DNA of 64,000 bases from Waddliaceae bacterium (lineage in GTDB: Bacteria > Chlamydiota > Chlamydiia > Chlamydiales > SLOH01). A program made the position numbers and the translations under genes. Positions 8,129 to 20,276 of the stretch are shown here, in pieces (position 1 is the first letter of the stretch; each line of letters opens with the position of its first letter). The stretch is from NCBI GenBank assembly GCA_040880105.1, contig JBBDJA010000017.1:32573-96572 (forward strand). Direction: 5' to 3'. The notes under the pieces are model-generated. The model ran no database searches. It was not told the DNA's origin and worked only from the letters and a program-made list of their open reading frames with translations.

Positions 8129-9541
8129 ATGACATCATCAGCTGTTAACGCAAGCCCTTTACAAGAGGCTCAAGATTGGGGAGAGATTATCAAAGGTGAA
8201 GTCTCATTAAATAAGGAAAAGACAAAAAAACTAAACGAATTTTTCCAAAATCAGCTACTGCCCCATCTTAAGGAAAACGGTCAGTCGCATCGTAATGTAC
8301 CAAGGCCCCCGCCTACACCTCCACCGAAAAATGAAAGTGCAATTGCAAAACAGGTAAGGAAAATTGTCAAAGAGCAAAATCCTTTTCCTTCAATTCCTGA
8401 TGAAAAGATCCTTGAAATCATCGCTTTTGGGTATCGGGCAGCCGGTGGAAGTAAAAAAAATAAACTTGTTGCAGATGCGCTTCAAAAAAATTCAACACCA
8501 CCAGAATGCAAAAATGACGATGTCCAGAAATTAACGGCGGAACAAACACAATTAGAGCTACAAAGACTTGAAACTCAATTAGAAAAATTTAGAGAGCTAT
8601 CTAAAAAGCAATGGGAGAGTTTTTCCTCTCAAAAAGAAGGAGTTTATCAACCATCCCACGCACGTGAGCTTCAAAACTTATCGAACACATCAATACATCG
8701 CAGTCAAATTCAAAATCGAATCAATGAATTATTTCCATACCTGCAAAATTCGATTGATTTAGCAGATAATATCCGGGAAAAGTTTGCCAATGTTTGCATT
8801 CACTTCATGTATTCTGATTGGAACATTACATCTTCCTCCTTCCTTGCTAATGAGCGCAATGCGTTAAGAAGAATGATACGAGATGTTTCAGATCTTACAA
8901 CCACAATTAACACAGGAAAAGCCACTTATCGCATCATTCAAAAAGAGGGCGATCCTGGACTTGCTCTTGAGAAGGATCTTGAGAAATGGATTGAAACTTA
9001 TGAAAATTTAGGCAAGCAGATTGAAGAGCTTGATGACAATTACCTGCAAACAATTGAGAAACTTGCAAAGCCATTAGAAGAGAATGAGATCAATAAAGAA
9101 ATTATTCGGCAAGTAGAAGTTATTTCAAACCCCCAACTTCGCAAAGAAGTGGCAGAGGCAATGGCCTCCCCTCCTCAAGTCATCCGTGCGCAATTAAAAG
9201 GCGTGCTTCTTGAGTATTCAAATATGTGGGAAAATCTCCGAAAGTCTGTCAATGATCTTGAGGTGCAAATTAATCGCCTTGGATACGGAATTAAAAATAA
9301 ATGTTCGATCCCTTTAGAATCTCTGTTTGACGCAGAAAAAAAAGGGTTTTGGCAGAAAGCAGGATCTCTACTTGCTTGGGGGGGGCAAAAACCGGAAAAG
9401 CTCGTGATTTCTCCATTTACTATACAAAAAATGAAAGAGGGCGAGCCTGTATCTCCTCAAAATATTGAAGAGGGTGAGCCGGCATCTGCAGAGAAGCCTG
9501 AAGAAGTTAAAGAAGAGTTGCAACCAAGCATGCTCCCTTAA
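8129..9541 (+). CDS. Hypothetical soluble protein, proline-rich N-terminal part plus predicted coiled coils (470 aa)
   Basis: Long ORF with a good SD, no signal peptide and no TM segment. It carries RPPPTPPPK, heptad-like stretches (LTAEQTQLELQRLETQLEKFRELSKK) and a C-terminal EGEPVSPQNIEEGEPASAEKPEE. I recognise no family. Confidence 0.7.
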   Translation: MTSSAVNASPLQEAQDWGEIIKGEVSLNKEKTKKLNEFFQNQLLPHLKENGQSHRNVPRPPPTPPPKNESAIAKQVRKIVKEQNPFPSIPDEKILEIIAFGYRAAGGSKKNKLVADALQKNSTPPECKNDDVQKLTAEQTQLELQRLETQLEKFRELSKKQWESFSSQKEGVYQPSHARELQNLSNTSIHRSQIQNRINELFPYLQNSIDLADNIREKFANVCIHFMYSDWNITSSSFLANERNALRRMIRDVSDLTTTINTGKATYRIIQKEGDPGLALEKDLEKWIETYENLGKQIEELDDNYLQTIEKLAKPLEENEINKEIIRQVEVISNPQLRKEVAEAMASPPQVIRAQLKGVLLEYSNMWENLRKSVNDLEVQINRLGYGIKNKCSIPLESLFDAEKKGFWQKAGSLLAWGGQKPEKLVISPFTIQKMKEGEPVSPQNIEEGEPASAEKPEEVKEELQPSMLP

Positions 9542-9546
9542 ATCAA

Positions 9547-9585
9547 AAGGCTCAATGTGCCTCGCACATTGAGCCTTTCTTTTAT
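9547..9585 (+). terminator. Intrinsic terminator after the 470-aa gene
   Basis: A perfect 14-bp stem pairs AAGGCTCAATGTGC (9547-9560) with GCACATTGAGCCTT (9564-9577) across a 3-nt loop. TCTTTTAT follows. Confidence 0.65.
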
Positions 9586-9737
9586 CCCCCAAAACATCGG
9601 CTAATTTGACAGGTGCATTTAATAATGAATGTCTTTGATTAGCTAAATTCCACAGTTAAGATTATTCATAAGACTCCTCTATTAGAGCTGAATGGAAATT
9701 GTGTTATAATATTCAAAGATAGTGTAATATATCTGCG

Positions 9738-12494
<2,757 letters not shown>

Positions 12495-12544
12495 AATTTG
12501 TCTTTCCAATTGCAATCTTTCTGGTAAAACGCTAATTTAAAGAA

Positions 12545-14080
12545 ATGGTATTTGAAAATCCTTTAAAAGAAGATACGCAGGAGTTTAAGCGAGCAGAATC
12601 TTGCCTAATGGTGATCTTTGGCGCGACCGGAGATTTAACTGCGCGAAAGCTTGTACCGGCTCTCTATAATCTTGCTGTCGAAGGTCAATTGCCCCCGCAT
12701 TTTGCATGCGTCGGATTTGCAAGGCGTGACAAAACGCATGAGCAGTTTCGAGAAGATATGAAAAATGCGATCTCAAAGCATTCGAGACACGCACTGAATC
12801 AAGAGTTGTGGGATAGTTTTAAAGAACAAATTTTCTACCACAAATCAGCTTTTGACGATGATGCAGGGTATGAAAAATTAAAACCCCTTCTTGATGACTT
12901 AGACAAAAAATTTTACACAAATGGAAACCGCGCCTATTACCTAGCGACCCCTCCAAAAAACTTCCCGATTATCATCGAAAAACTAGGAAAGCATCAGCTC
13001 ATTTATAAAGAGAATGCCGAGCCTTGGAGTCGAGTGATCATCGAAAAGCCGTTTGGAAATGACCTTGAGTCTGCAAAACAACTACAAAAAGATATCTCCT
13101 GCCATTTAGACGAAAAGCAGATCTACAGGATAGACCATTTTCTCGGGAAAGAGACCGTTCAAAACTTACTTGTTTTTCGCTTTAGCAACCCCATTTTTGA
13201 ATCGCTCTGGAATAACAAACATGTCGATCATGTGCAAATCACAGTAAGCGAGGATATTGGCATAGGAACAAGAGGAAACTTTTTTGAGGCATCCGGCCTA
13301 CTTCGCGATATTGTGCAGAATCATATGATGCAGCTTCTCTCCCTAATTGCAATGGAACCACCGATTAATTTATCTGCTACAGCCATCCATAATGAAAAGG
13401 TCAAGGTTCTTGAATCTCTACGTCATTTCCCAAAAAATGAAGATCAGACGAAAGAGGAAAGTGCAATTGTTCGAGGACAGTACGGGCCTGGCTTTATCGA
13501 AGGCAAACCTGTCAAAGGGTATCGAGAAGAAGACGATGTTGCTAAGGACTCTAATGTCGAAACATTTGCGGCGATGCGACTCTTTATCGACAATTGGAGA
13601 TGGGCAGGCGTGCCGTTTTATATGCGAGCCGGAAAGCGAATGCCAAAAAAGGTCACCGAAATCTCAATTGCGTTTCGCGATGCTCCCGGATTCCTTTTCA
13701 AAAAAGACTCTATTGATCCAAACTTACTTGTGATCCGCATTCAGCCAAATGAAGGGATCTCTCTTAAAATGAACTGTAAGGTTCCCGGAATTTCAAGTCC
13801 GATTCAACCGGTCAAGATGGACTTTCGGTATGGCTCATACTTTGGAGCCTCCCCTCCCGATGCCTATGAGAGGCTACTTTGCGACTGCATGTCAGGTGAT
13901 AATACGCTTTTTGCAAGAATTGATGAAGTGCTTGCGTCTTGGAAGTTATTCTCAAATGTCTTACATAAGTGGGAAAATGACAAAGCGGAAGGATTTCCCA
14001 ATTATCAAGCAGGCACTTGGGGACCGCAAGCGGCAGATCTTCTTATGAAGGGAACGAAACGGAAGTGGCGGTTACTTTGA
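12545..14080 (+). CDS. zwf: Glucose-6-phosphate 1-dehydrogenase
   Basis: Contains the NADP-binding site VIFGATGDLTARKL and the active-site motif RIDHFLGKE, plus DIVQNHMMQLL. Confidence 0.96.
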   Translation: MVFENPLKEDTQEFKRAESCLMVIFGATGDLTARKLVPALYNLAVEGQLPPHFACVGFARRDKTHEQFREDMKNAISKHSRHALNQELWDSFKEQIFYHKSAFDDDAGYEKLKPLLDDLDKKFYTNGNRAYYLATPPKNFPIIIEKLGKHQLIYKENAEPWSRVIIEKPFGNDLESAKQLQKDISCHLDEKQIYRIDHFLGKETVQNLLVFRFSNPIFESLWNNKHVDHVQITVSEDIGIGTRGNFFEASGLLRDIVQNHMMQLLSLIAMEPPINLSATAIHNEKVKVLESLRHFPKNEDQTKEESAIVRGQYGPGFIEGKPVKGYREEDDVAKDSNVETFAAMRLFIDNWRWAGVPFYMRAGKRMPKKVTEISIAFRDAPGFLFKKDSIDPNLLVIRIQPNEGISLKMNCKVPGISSPIQPVKMDFRYGSYFGASPPDAYERLLCDCMSGDNTLFARIDEVLASWKLFSNVLHKWENDKAEGFPNYQAGTWGPQAADLLMKGTKRKWRLL

Positions 14081-15045
14081 GTAACAAAACCTCTAAAACT
14101 TATCTCTTTAATTTGATTATTTACTCTCATTCAGAAGAGAGACGGCGTTATTTTGAAGAGATGGTCTACCCATTAATCGAAAAATATCCCTGCCGCATTC
14201 TTTTCATTGAAGGGATCATGGAATCGGACTCCGATGTATGCCAGACATTTTGTCTTGCGCCCTCTCCTGAACAAGAAAAGTTTTTAGAGAAATCCGATCG
14301 CATGGTCATACGAGTTTCGAAGGAAAACCTCTCAAAAGCACCTCTTTTAGTCCTGCCCTATTTAATCCCCGACTTGCCGGTTTTCTTGATCTGGGGACAA
14401 GATCCGACCAAAGAAAGAAATATCCTCCCCTCTTTTTTAAATGTCGCTACCCGCCTTGTGTTTGATAACGACTCTGTCTCTAATCTCTCTGAATTTGCCA
14501 AGTCTATGCTGGAAATTTTAGACACTTTGGATATGGACCTTATGGATGTCGACTGGGCACATATTAGCGGAATGAGAGCTGCCATAGGCACTATTTTTAA
14601 TAGCGAAACGCTTTTTAATGAACTAAAGAGCGCTCGAAAAATCTCTATTACCTATACCCATGTCGCAAATTCGCCGATGCAGCACCAGAATAGACGCTCT
14701 CTCTACCTGCAAGGCTGGCTTGCCGCCATGCTCGGCTGGAAATTAAAAAAACGTGAGGGGGATAAAATCCAATATGAGAATCATGAAATCATATTAATAA
14801 AGGAAGAGAGTGAAAACGGGTTTGCAGGTGAGATCAAAGTAATCGACGTTGATCAAATCATGCATATCGAGACACTCCTAACAGCGGCAACTCCGCTTCT
14901 TCGCGTAAGTCCCTCGGACGCCCCTTCCTATCAACTCCCGATACCGAATATGCGGCGTGGCCTTGCATTTATCAAAGAGATTTTCTACCACCCAATCACA
15001 ACGCATTACCGTAAAACCTTGGATATAATCTCGAGAATGAAATGA
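14017..15045 (+). CDS. OpcA-like putative G6PDH assembly/effector protein (true start uncertain; an in-frame GTG at 14065 is an alternative)
   Basis: The gene sits between zwf and pgl, overlapping both. The segments LFNLIIYSH...EKYPCRILFIEG, LLVLPYLIPDLPVFLIWGQDP and DVDWAHISGMRAAIG resemble conserved OpcA blocks (...HPCRvivv..., ...lPfLlpDtPvv.WW...) as I remember them. Confidence 0.55.
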   Translation: MGTASGRSSYEGNETEVAVTLSNKTSKTYLFNLIIYSHSEERRRYFEEMVYPLIEKYPCRILFIEGIMESDSDVCQTFCLAPSPEQEKFLEKSDRMVIRVSKENLSKAPLLVLPYLIPDLPVFLIWGQDPTKERNILPSFLNVATRLVFDNDSVSNLSEFAKSMLEILDTLDMDLMDVDWAHISGMRAAIGTIFNSETLFNELKSARKISITYTHVANSPMQHQNRRSLYLQGWLAAMLGWKLKKREGDKIQYENHEIILIKEESENGFAGEIKVIDVDQIMHIETLLTAATPLLRVSPSDAPSYQLPIPNMRRGLAFIKEIFYHPITTHYRKTLDIISRMK

Positions 15046-15785
15046 CCATACAACCGCTTGATGATAGACGCAATTTTGTAATCTTTGAAAACACATCACA
15101 AGCCATTCAGTTTGCTGCCGACCACTTTTTAGGGGCTGCAAATCGCGCAATCAAAGCAAAAGGGGCGTTTTATGTTGCCCTATCCGGAGGATCCTCTCCA
15201 AAAGCCATTTTTGAGCAGCTTCTTAAGCATAAAGAGGCGTGCGACTTTACAAAAGTCTGGCTCTTTTGGGGTGATGAGCGCGCCGTTCCTCCCGATCACC
15301 CTGAAAGCAACTACAAAATGGCAATGGAAACTGCATTTTCTACCCTTCCCGTTCCAAAAGAACAAATCTTTCGTATGCAGGCTGAAAAATCGATTGAAAA
15401 AAACGCGCTTTCATACGAAAAAATGATCCAAAAAACGATCCCGGACGGTTCATTTGATCTTCTCATGCTTGGAATGGGTGAAGATGGTCACACCGCTTCT
15501 CTTTTTCCCAATACAAATGCCCTAAAACGCCAAGACCGGCTTGTGGTTGCCAATTTTATTCCGCAAAAAAATCAGTGGCGCATGACATTGACCTTCCCTT
15601 GCATTAACGCTGCAAAAGAAATTGTCATTTATGTATTTGGAAAAGGGAAAGCAAAAAAATTAAATGAAGTCTTTACCACCCCTTTTAACCCGGATGAAAT
15701 CCCTATCCAAGCGGTCGGAACCCCGGATAACCCGGCTCTTTTCATCTTAGATCAAGGATCCGGACAAAACTTGGTTTCATTATAG
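15042..15785 (+). CDS. pgl: 6-phosphogluconolactonase
   Basis: ALSGGSSPKAIFEQL, WGDERAVPPDHPESNY and LLMLGMGEDGHTASLFP are the DevB/Pgl signatures. Confidence 0.9.
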   Translation: MTIQPLDDRRNFVIFENTSQAIQFAADHFLGAANRAIKAKGAFYVALSGGSSPKAIFEQLLKHKEACDFTKVWLFWGDERAVPPDHPESNYKMAMETAFSTLPVPKEQIFRMQAEKSIEKNALSYEKMIQKTIPDGSFDLLMLGMGEDGHTASLFPNTNALKRQDRLVVANFIPQKNQWRMTLTFPCINAAKEIVIYVFGKGKAKKLNEVFTTPFNPDEIPIQAVGTPDNPALFILDQGSGQNLVSL

Positions 15786-15834
15786 TTAGCATTCTTGTTA
15801 TATAGATCCTAATTAGTGAAAAGAGAAATCTCTC

Positions 15835-18834
15835 ATGGCAATCAGATGTTTTCCTCCGCAAAAAAAATCTTGGCGTATCGTCATCATCTGCGCATTGATT
15901 CCGCTGTTTATGGGAATCGCTGCCCTTATATATTGGCATCTATATTCAGTTGCTCTCATAGAAAAGCATCGTTTATTTCAGTATCACCACTATAATTCAG
16001 CCCTTTCGACCACTGCTGTCAGCCTTGCAATGCTGCTATTTTTAGCCAATTTTAGAAAAACAGCAATCGCCCTCGCCACCCTTCCGTTCCTCATTGGTTT
16101 ACTGACTCTTTTTGAACATATTTTTGATACAAATCTTAGAGTCGATAACTTATTCATTTTTAAAGCATTTTCTATTAATGCCTATCCTCTGGGGCGGATG
16201 ACCCCTTTAGCCACCTTTGAGGTATTTGTTCTCGGGATTGCGATGCTCCTGATTACATTTGATTTCAGCTTTAAAAAAAAACAGATTGTCTTGCGTGTTC
16301 TCGGCGTCATTGTCTTTGCGATATGCGTTGTTGCTTTAGCAGCTGCGCTAATTGGCGTTGAAGTCGCTCCAAAATGGGCGCAATTTTCTTACCTGGACTC
16401 AAGACCGGCCGTTGAAATGGGCTTTCTTGGCTTTATGATTATCGCCTACGCTTGGGGGTTTTGCTGTACGACAAATAACGATCTTCCACCCTCTCTACCC
16501 TTCCCTACAACAGGCGCAGTCATTTTGGGAGCACTCTATCTATGGCAAGCATTAAACACTCAAGAGACTGTACATTTTCAACGGATGAATCAAGCCGTGG
16601 CAGAGCAGCTCGCAACCTCTGTAAAGTCACTTCTCAATAACCGAATCGACTCGCTCACTTTTATGGCTAAACGGTGGGAAAACCGCAAGGGAGTCCCGAA
16701 GCACGAATGGGAGATGGATTCCATGTCATATGTTGACGTGGAATCAGGCCTTGTCGCCATCGAATGGGCAGACTCTTCTTACCATGTCCGCTGGAGTGTT
16801 CCACAGGAAGATGAGAGTTTGGAAAATCTTGATATTATGTTGGATAATAAGCGCGGGGAGACCATTCAAAATCTTGAAAAAGATGGTGGTCTATACGCCA
16901 CACCAGTTATCAATCTCGTGCAAGGCGGAGACGGCTTTTTAATTTACGTGCCCCTCTTTCCCGATGGAGTCTTTGACGGTTTCATCATCGGAGCCTTTAA
17001 TATTGAAAAGCTCTTCACAAACATCATCCCTGAGTACCTCCTAAAAGACTATGCCATTTCAATCTATGACGGAGGCAGGCGCATTTACCATCACAACCCA
17101 GATGATTTGCTTGATCCGGATATACAACCGGAGATGGCCGGATTTTCATTCCTCAATAACCATTGGTTTATAGACGTCCGGCCTGAAAAGGGGCTTTTAC
17201 AAAAAAACCGCTCCTCTCTTCCGATGTTTACTCTTGTCATTGGTTTTTTTCTTGCAGCCTTTGTCTTTACTGCCTTTTTCTTCGGTGAAACGGCCTATCT
17301 TCGCTCAAGGCAGCTTGAAGAGACGCTAAATGAACTTAATGAATCGACTCAACAAACCCACGCCATTTTACACTCGATGGGAGAGGGCGTTTTTGGGATC
17401 AACCATCTAGGTAAAACAACATTTGTCAACCCGACAGTTACAGAACTTGTCGGATTTAAACAATCGGAGTTAATTAACAAAAGTTATAAATCTCTGAAGT
17501 TTCTCCCCGCAGAATTTGAAAGAATAATGAATATAGCAGAAGCATTGACAAAAGGTGAGACTCAAACAACAACACAGCTTGAGTTCATGAGGAAAAATGG
17601 ATCGTTTTTTCCAGTAGAGTGCACCGCCGCCCCGATTATCATTGATAAAAAAACAGAAGGCGCTGTCATGATTTTTCGCGATGTGACCGAGAGAAAACAG
17701 ACAGAGGAGCAGCTACTCAACTTCGTTCGTAAACTAGAGGAAACCAACCATAAATTAAGGGAAGCAAGGGCGGCATCGGAAGCTGCTAACTATGCAAAAA
17801 GCGCGTTTCTTGCGAATATGAGCCATGAAATCCGCACGCCACTTAATGGCGTGATTGGAATGGCGGGAATTTTACTTGCAAGTCCTGACCTTAACGAAAA
17901 ACAGAAAAAATATATCGGAAGAATTGACCTCTCCGGAAAGATCCTTCTTGAGCTCATAAATGACATTTTGGATTTCTCAAAAATTGAAGCAGGTGAAATG
18001 CGCCTTGAATCCATTCCTTTCGATCTCCATAACATTCTTTTAGAGACAGAAGACATCATGTCGTCAAGAGCGCAAGAGAAAAAGCTCGACCTTTCTCTAG
18101 AGTATCCAGATGATCTCCCTAAACATGTGATCGGCGACCCTAGCCGGCTTCGGCAAGTCGTAAACAACCTCTTAAGCAATGCAATCAAGTTTACAAGTGA
18201 AGGAAGTGTGATACTTAGAGTCATCGGAAAAGAACGGACGCAGTCACAAATGCTCTTTCGTATCGAAATCATCGATACCGGCATCGGAATCCCCGAATCA
18301 AAAATTGACGACCTTTTTGAAAAGTTCTCCCAAGCTGATACCTCGACAACAAGAAAATTTGGAGGAACCGGTCTTGGCCTTTCCATTTCCAAACAACTAG
18401 TTGAACTGATGGATGGAGAGCTGAGCTGTAATAGCGAAGAGGGAAAAGGATCCACATTCTGGATGGAAATTGTGTTCGCTCTTGATAAAGAAAGTAGACC
18501 TAACAAGACCTTAAATACAATTGAAGGAATGCCTGTTCTTATCGTCAATAAAAACAAGTCAGTCGCCGAAAACATTGAAAAGATATTTACCAAATGGAAA
18601 ATGCGCTGCGTCACTTCAAAATCGATAGAAGAGATCAATAATACACTCAAGAAAGTAAATATAGACGGAAATTCAATCCCATTTACAATTATAACAGAAG
18701 AAGCACGCAATGAAGTGCAATTACATGGAAGCCCTCCAAATACACAGTCTATGCTTATTGGAACACTTACAGATCCGATTAGAGGCAACCATCTCTTCAC
18801 TCTCTTAAATAAATGGATGGAAACAAATAAATAG
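15835..18834 (+). CDS. Membrane sensor histidine kinase: multi-TM N-terminal domain, CHASE-like extracytoplasmic domain, PAS, HisKA, HATPase_c and a degenerate receiver-like tail
   Basis: The kinase boxes are all present: H-box SHEIRTPLNGVIG, N-box NLLSNAIKFT, G1 DTGIGI and G2 GGTGLGLSIS. A PAS-like segment (HSMGEGVFGIN...FPVECTAAPII...GAVMIFRDVTERK) precedes them. A CHASE-like segment (IEWADSSYHVRWSVPQ...ATPVINLVQGGDGFLIYVPLF) is flanked by hydrophobic helices. Confidence 0.85.
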   Translation: MAIRCFPPQKKSWRIVIICALIPLFMGIAALIYWHLYSVALIEKHRLFQYHHYNSALSTTAVSLAMLLFLANFRKTAIALATLPFLIGLLTLFEHIFDTNLRVDNLFIFKAFSINAYPLGRMTPLATFEVFVLGIAMLLITFDFSFKKKQIVLRVLGVIVFAICVVALAAALIGVEVAPKWAQFSYLDSRPAVEMGFLGFMIIAYAWGFCCTTNNDLPPSLPFPTTGAVILGALYLWQALNTQETVHFQRMNQAVAEQLATSVKSLLNNRIDSLTFMAKRWENRKGVPKHEWEMDSMSYVDVESGLVAIEWADSSYHVRWSVPQEDESLENLDIMLDNKRGETIQNLEKDGGLYATPVINLVQGGDGFLIYVPLFPDGVFDGFIIGAFNIEKLFTNIIPEYLLKDYAISIYDGGRRIYHHNPDDLLDPDIQPEMAGFSFLNNHWFIDVRPEKGLLQKNRSSLPMFTLVIGFFLAAFVFTAFFFGETAYLRSRQLEETLNELNESTQQTHAILHSMGEGVFGINHLGKTTFVNPTVTELVGFKQSELINKSYKSLKFLPAEFERIMNIAEALTKGETQTTTQLEFMRKNGSFFPVECTAAPIIIDKKTEGAVMIFRDVTERKQTEEQLLNFVRKLEETNHKLREARAASEAANYAKSAFLANMSHEIRTPLNGVIGMAGILLASPDLNEKQKKYIGRIDLSGKILLELINDILDFSKIEAGEMRLESIPFDLHNILLETEDIMSSRAQEKKLDLSLEYPDDLPKHVIGDPSRLRQVVNNLLSNAIKFTSEGSVILRVIGKERTQSQMLFRIEIIDTGIGIPESKIDDLFEKFSQADTSTTRKFGGTGLGLSISKQLVELMDGELSCNSEEGKGSTFWMEIVFALDKESRPNKTLNTIEGMPVLIVNKNKSVAENIEKIFTKWKMRCVTSKSIEEINNTLKKVNIDGNSIPFTIITEEARNEVQLHGSPPNTQSMLIGTLTDPIRGNHLFTLLNKWMETNK

Positions 18835-18842
18835 AGGAACTC

Positions 18843-19241
18843 TTGATGAATCCACTTTCCAAAAAATTTCCCGGAAAAAAAATTTTAGTTGTCGAAGACT
18901 ACTTCATTAATCAAGAAGTCATTAAAGACATACTCGAGTTAATGGAATGCGAAGTCGCCATTGCGGAAAACGGAGTCCTTGCCCTTGAGAAAATAGAAAA
19001 GGAAGAATACGACCTTGTCTTTTTGGACATTCAAATGCCTGAAAAGGATGGTTATCAAGTCGCAAAAGAGATTAGAGAAAAGGAAGATTCAGATGAACAC
19101 ATCCCGCTTATTGCCTTAACTGCCAGTGCCTTGAGTGGAGATCGTGAAAAATGTCTTAAAGAGGGAATGGACGACTATCTTTCGAAGCCAATTGAACCCT
19201 ACCAGATTGAAGAAATCCTAGACAAGTATCTAAAACCTTGA
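18843..19241 (+). CDS. Stand-alone response-regulator receiver protein (CheY-like, no output domain)
   Basis: KILVVEDYFINQEV, DLVFLDIQMPEKDG, IPLIALTASA and DDYLSKPI together make a complete REC signature. The protein is 132 aa and lies 9 nt after the kinase gene. Confidence 0.88.
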   Translation: MMNPLSKKFPGKKILVVEDYFINQEVIKDILELMECEVAIAENGVLALEKIEKEEYDLVFLDIQMPEKDGYQVAKEIREKEDSDEHIPLIALTASALSGDREKCLKEGMDDYLSKPIEPYQIEEILDKYLKP

Positions 19242-19274
19242 GTTTTAGACAATTTTGAATTAAAATTTCTTCCT

Positions 19275-20276
19275 ATGATAGTTTTGGGAATTGAAAGTAC
19301 ATGCGATGAGACCGGCTGCGCAGTTGTTAAAGACGGTCGAGAGATTCTCTCAAATCTTGTTGCCTCACAAATCAACCTACACAAGCGTTTTGGGGGGGTT
19401 GTTCCGGAACTTGCATGCCGAGAGCACGCCGATCTTTTCATTCCCCTACTAAACAAAGCGCTAAACGAAGCTAATGTCACCCTCAATCAAATCGATTTGA
19501 TCGCTGTCGCAAATGGCCCAGGACTTATTGGAGCACTCCTCGTTGGGCTGAGTGCAGCCAAAGGACTCTCTTTTGCATTAAAAAAACCGCTGATCGGAGT
19601 CAATCACATCGAGGCTCACCTCTATGCTGCCATCATGTCGGCAAAGGAAGAGATTGAATATCCCTGTATCGGAGCCGTTCTTTCCGGAGGACACACCTCA
19701 CTTGTGTTAGTGAAAAATATTGGAGAGTACGAGTTGATCGGACAGACGCAAGATGATGCGATCGGCGAGGCATTTGATAAAGTCGCAAAGCTATTAAATC
19801 TCCCCTACCCCGGAGGGCCTGAAGTTGAAAAACTGGCAAAAAAGGGAAACCAAGCCGCCTTCCCCTTGAAGTCGGGAACAATAAAGAACCGGCCCTTTGA
19901 CTTCTCCTTTTCCGGACTTAAAACAGGGGTACTCTACGCTTCAAGAAAACAAACCCTCACCCCCCAAGTAAGAGAAGACCTTGCCGCCTCATTTCAACAC
20001 ACCGCATTCGAAGATATCATTTCAAAAACCCTCAAAGCAGCAAAACAGTATCAATGCAACTCCGTTCTTCTTGGCGGTGGGGTAACCAACAACCAGACGC
20101 TACGCAATATGTTCGCTCAAACAGATCTCAATCTCATGTGGCCAACCAAGGAACTGACGCTTGACAATGCGGCAATGATCGCCGGCCTTGGGTTTCATCG
20201 CTACAAGATTGAAGGGAAAAGCGACCTTCACCTAGAAGCGCAAACAAGAATCCCTTGGTCTTTAGGGAACCTCTGA
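19275..20276 (+). CDS. tsaD: tRNA N6-adenosine threonylcarbamoyltransferase TsaD (Gcp/Kae1 family)
   Basis: The protein begins MIVLGIESTCDETGCAVV and contains NHIEAHLYA, SGGHTSL, DDAIGEAFDKVAKLLNLPYPGGP and GGGVTNNQTLR. Confidence 0.94.
   Translation: MIVLGIESTCDETGCAVVKDGREILSNLVASQINLHKRFGGVVPELACREHADLFIPLLNKALNEANVTLNQIDLIAVANGPGLIGALLVGLSAAKGLSFALKKPLIGVNHIEAHLYAAIMSAKEEIEYPCIGAVLSGGHTSLVLVKNIGEYELIGQTQDDAIGEAFDKVAKLLNLPYPGGPEVEKLAKKGNQAAFPLKSGTIKNRPFDFSFSGLKTGVLYASRKQTLTPQVREDLAASFQHTAFEDIISKTLKAAKQYQCNSVLLGGGVTNNQTLRNMFAQTDLNLMWPTKELTLDNAAMIAGLGFHRYKIEGKSDLHLEAQTRIPWSLGNL

Noticed and set aside
17790-18800. 336-aa ORF on the minus strand inside the histidine kinase gene
   Set aside because: The plus-strand frame carries complete H, N, G1 and G2 kinase boxes. 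The antisense translation is Ser/Leu/Ile-rich low-complexity sequence with no motif, which is typical of a shadow ORF.
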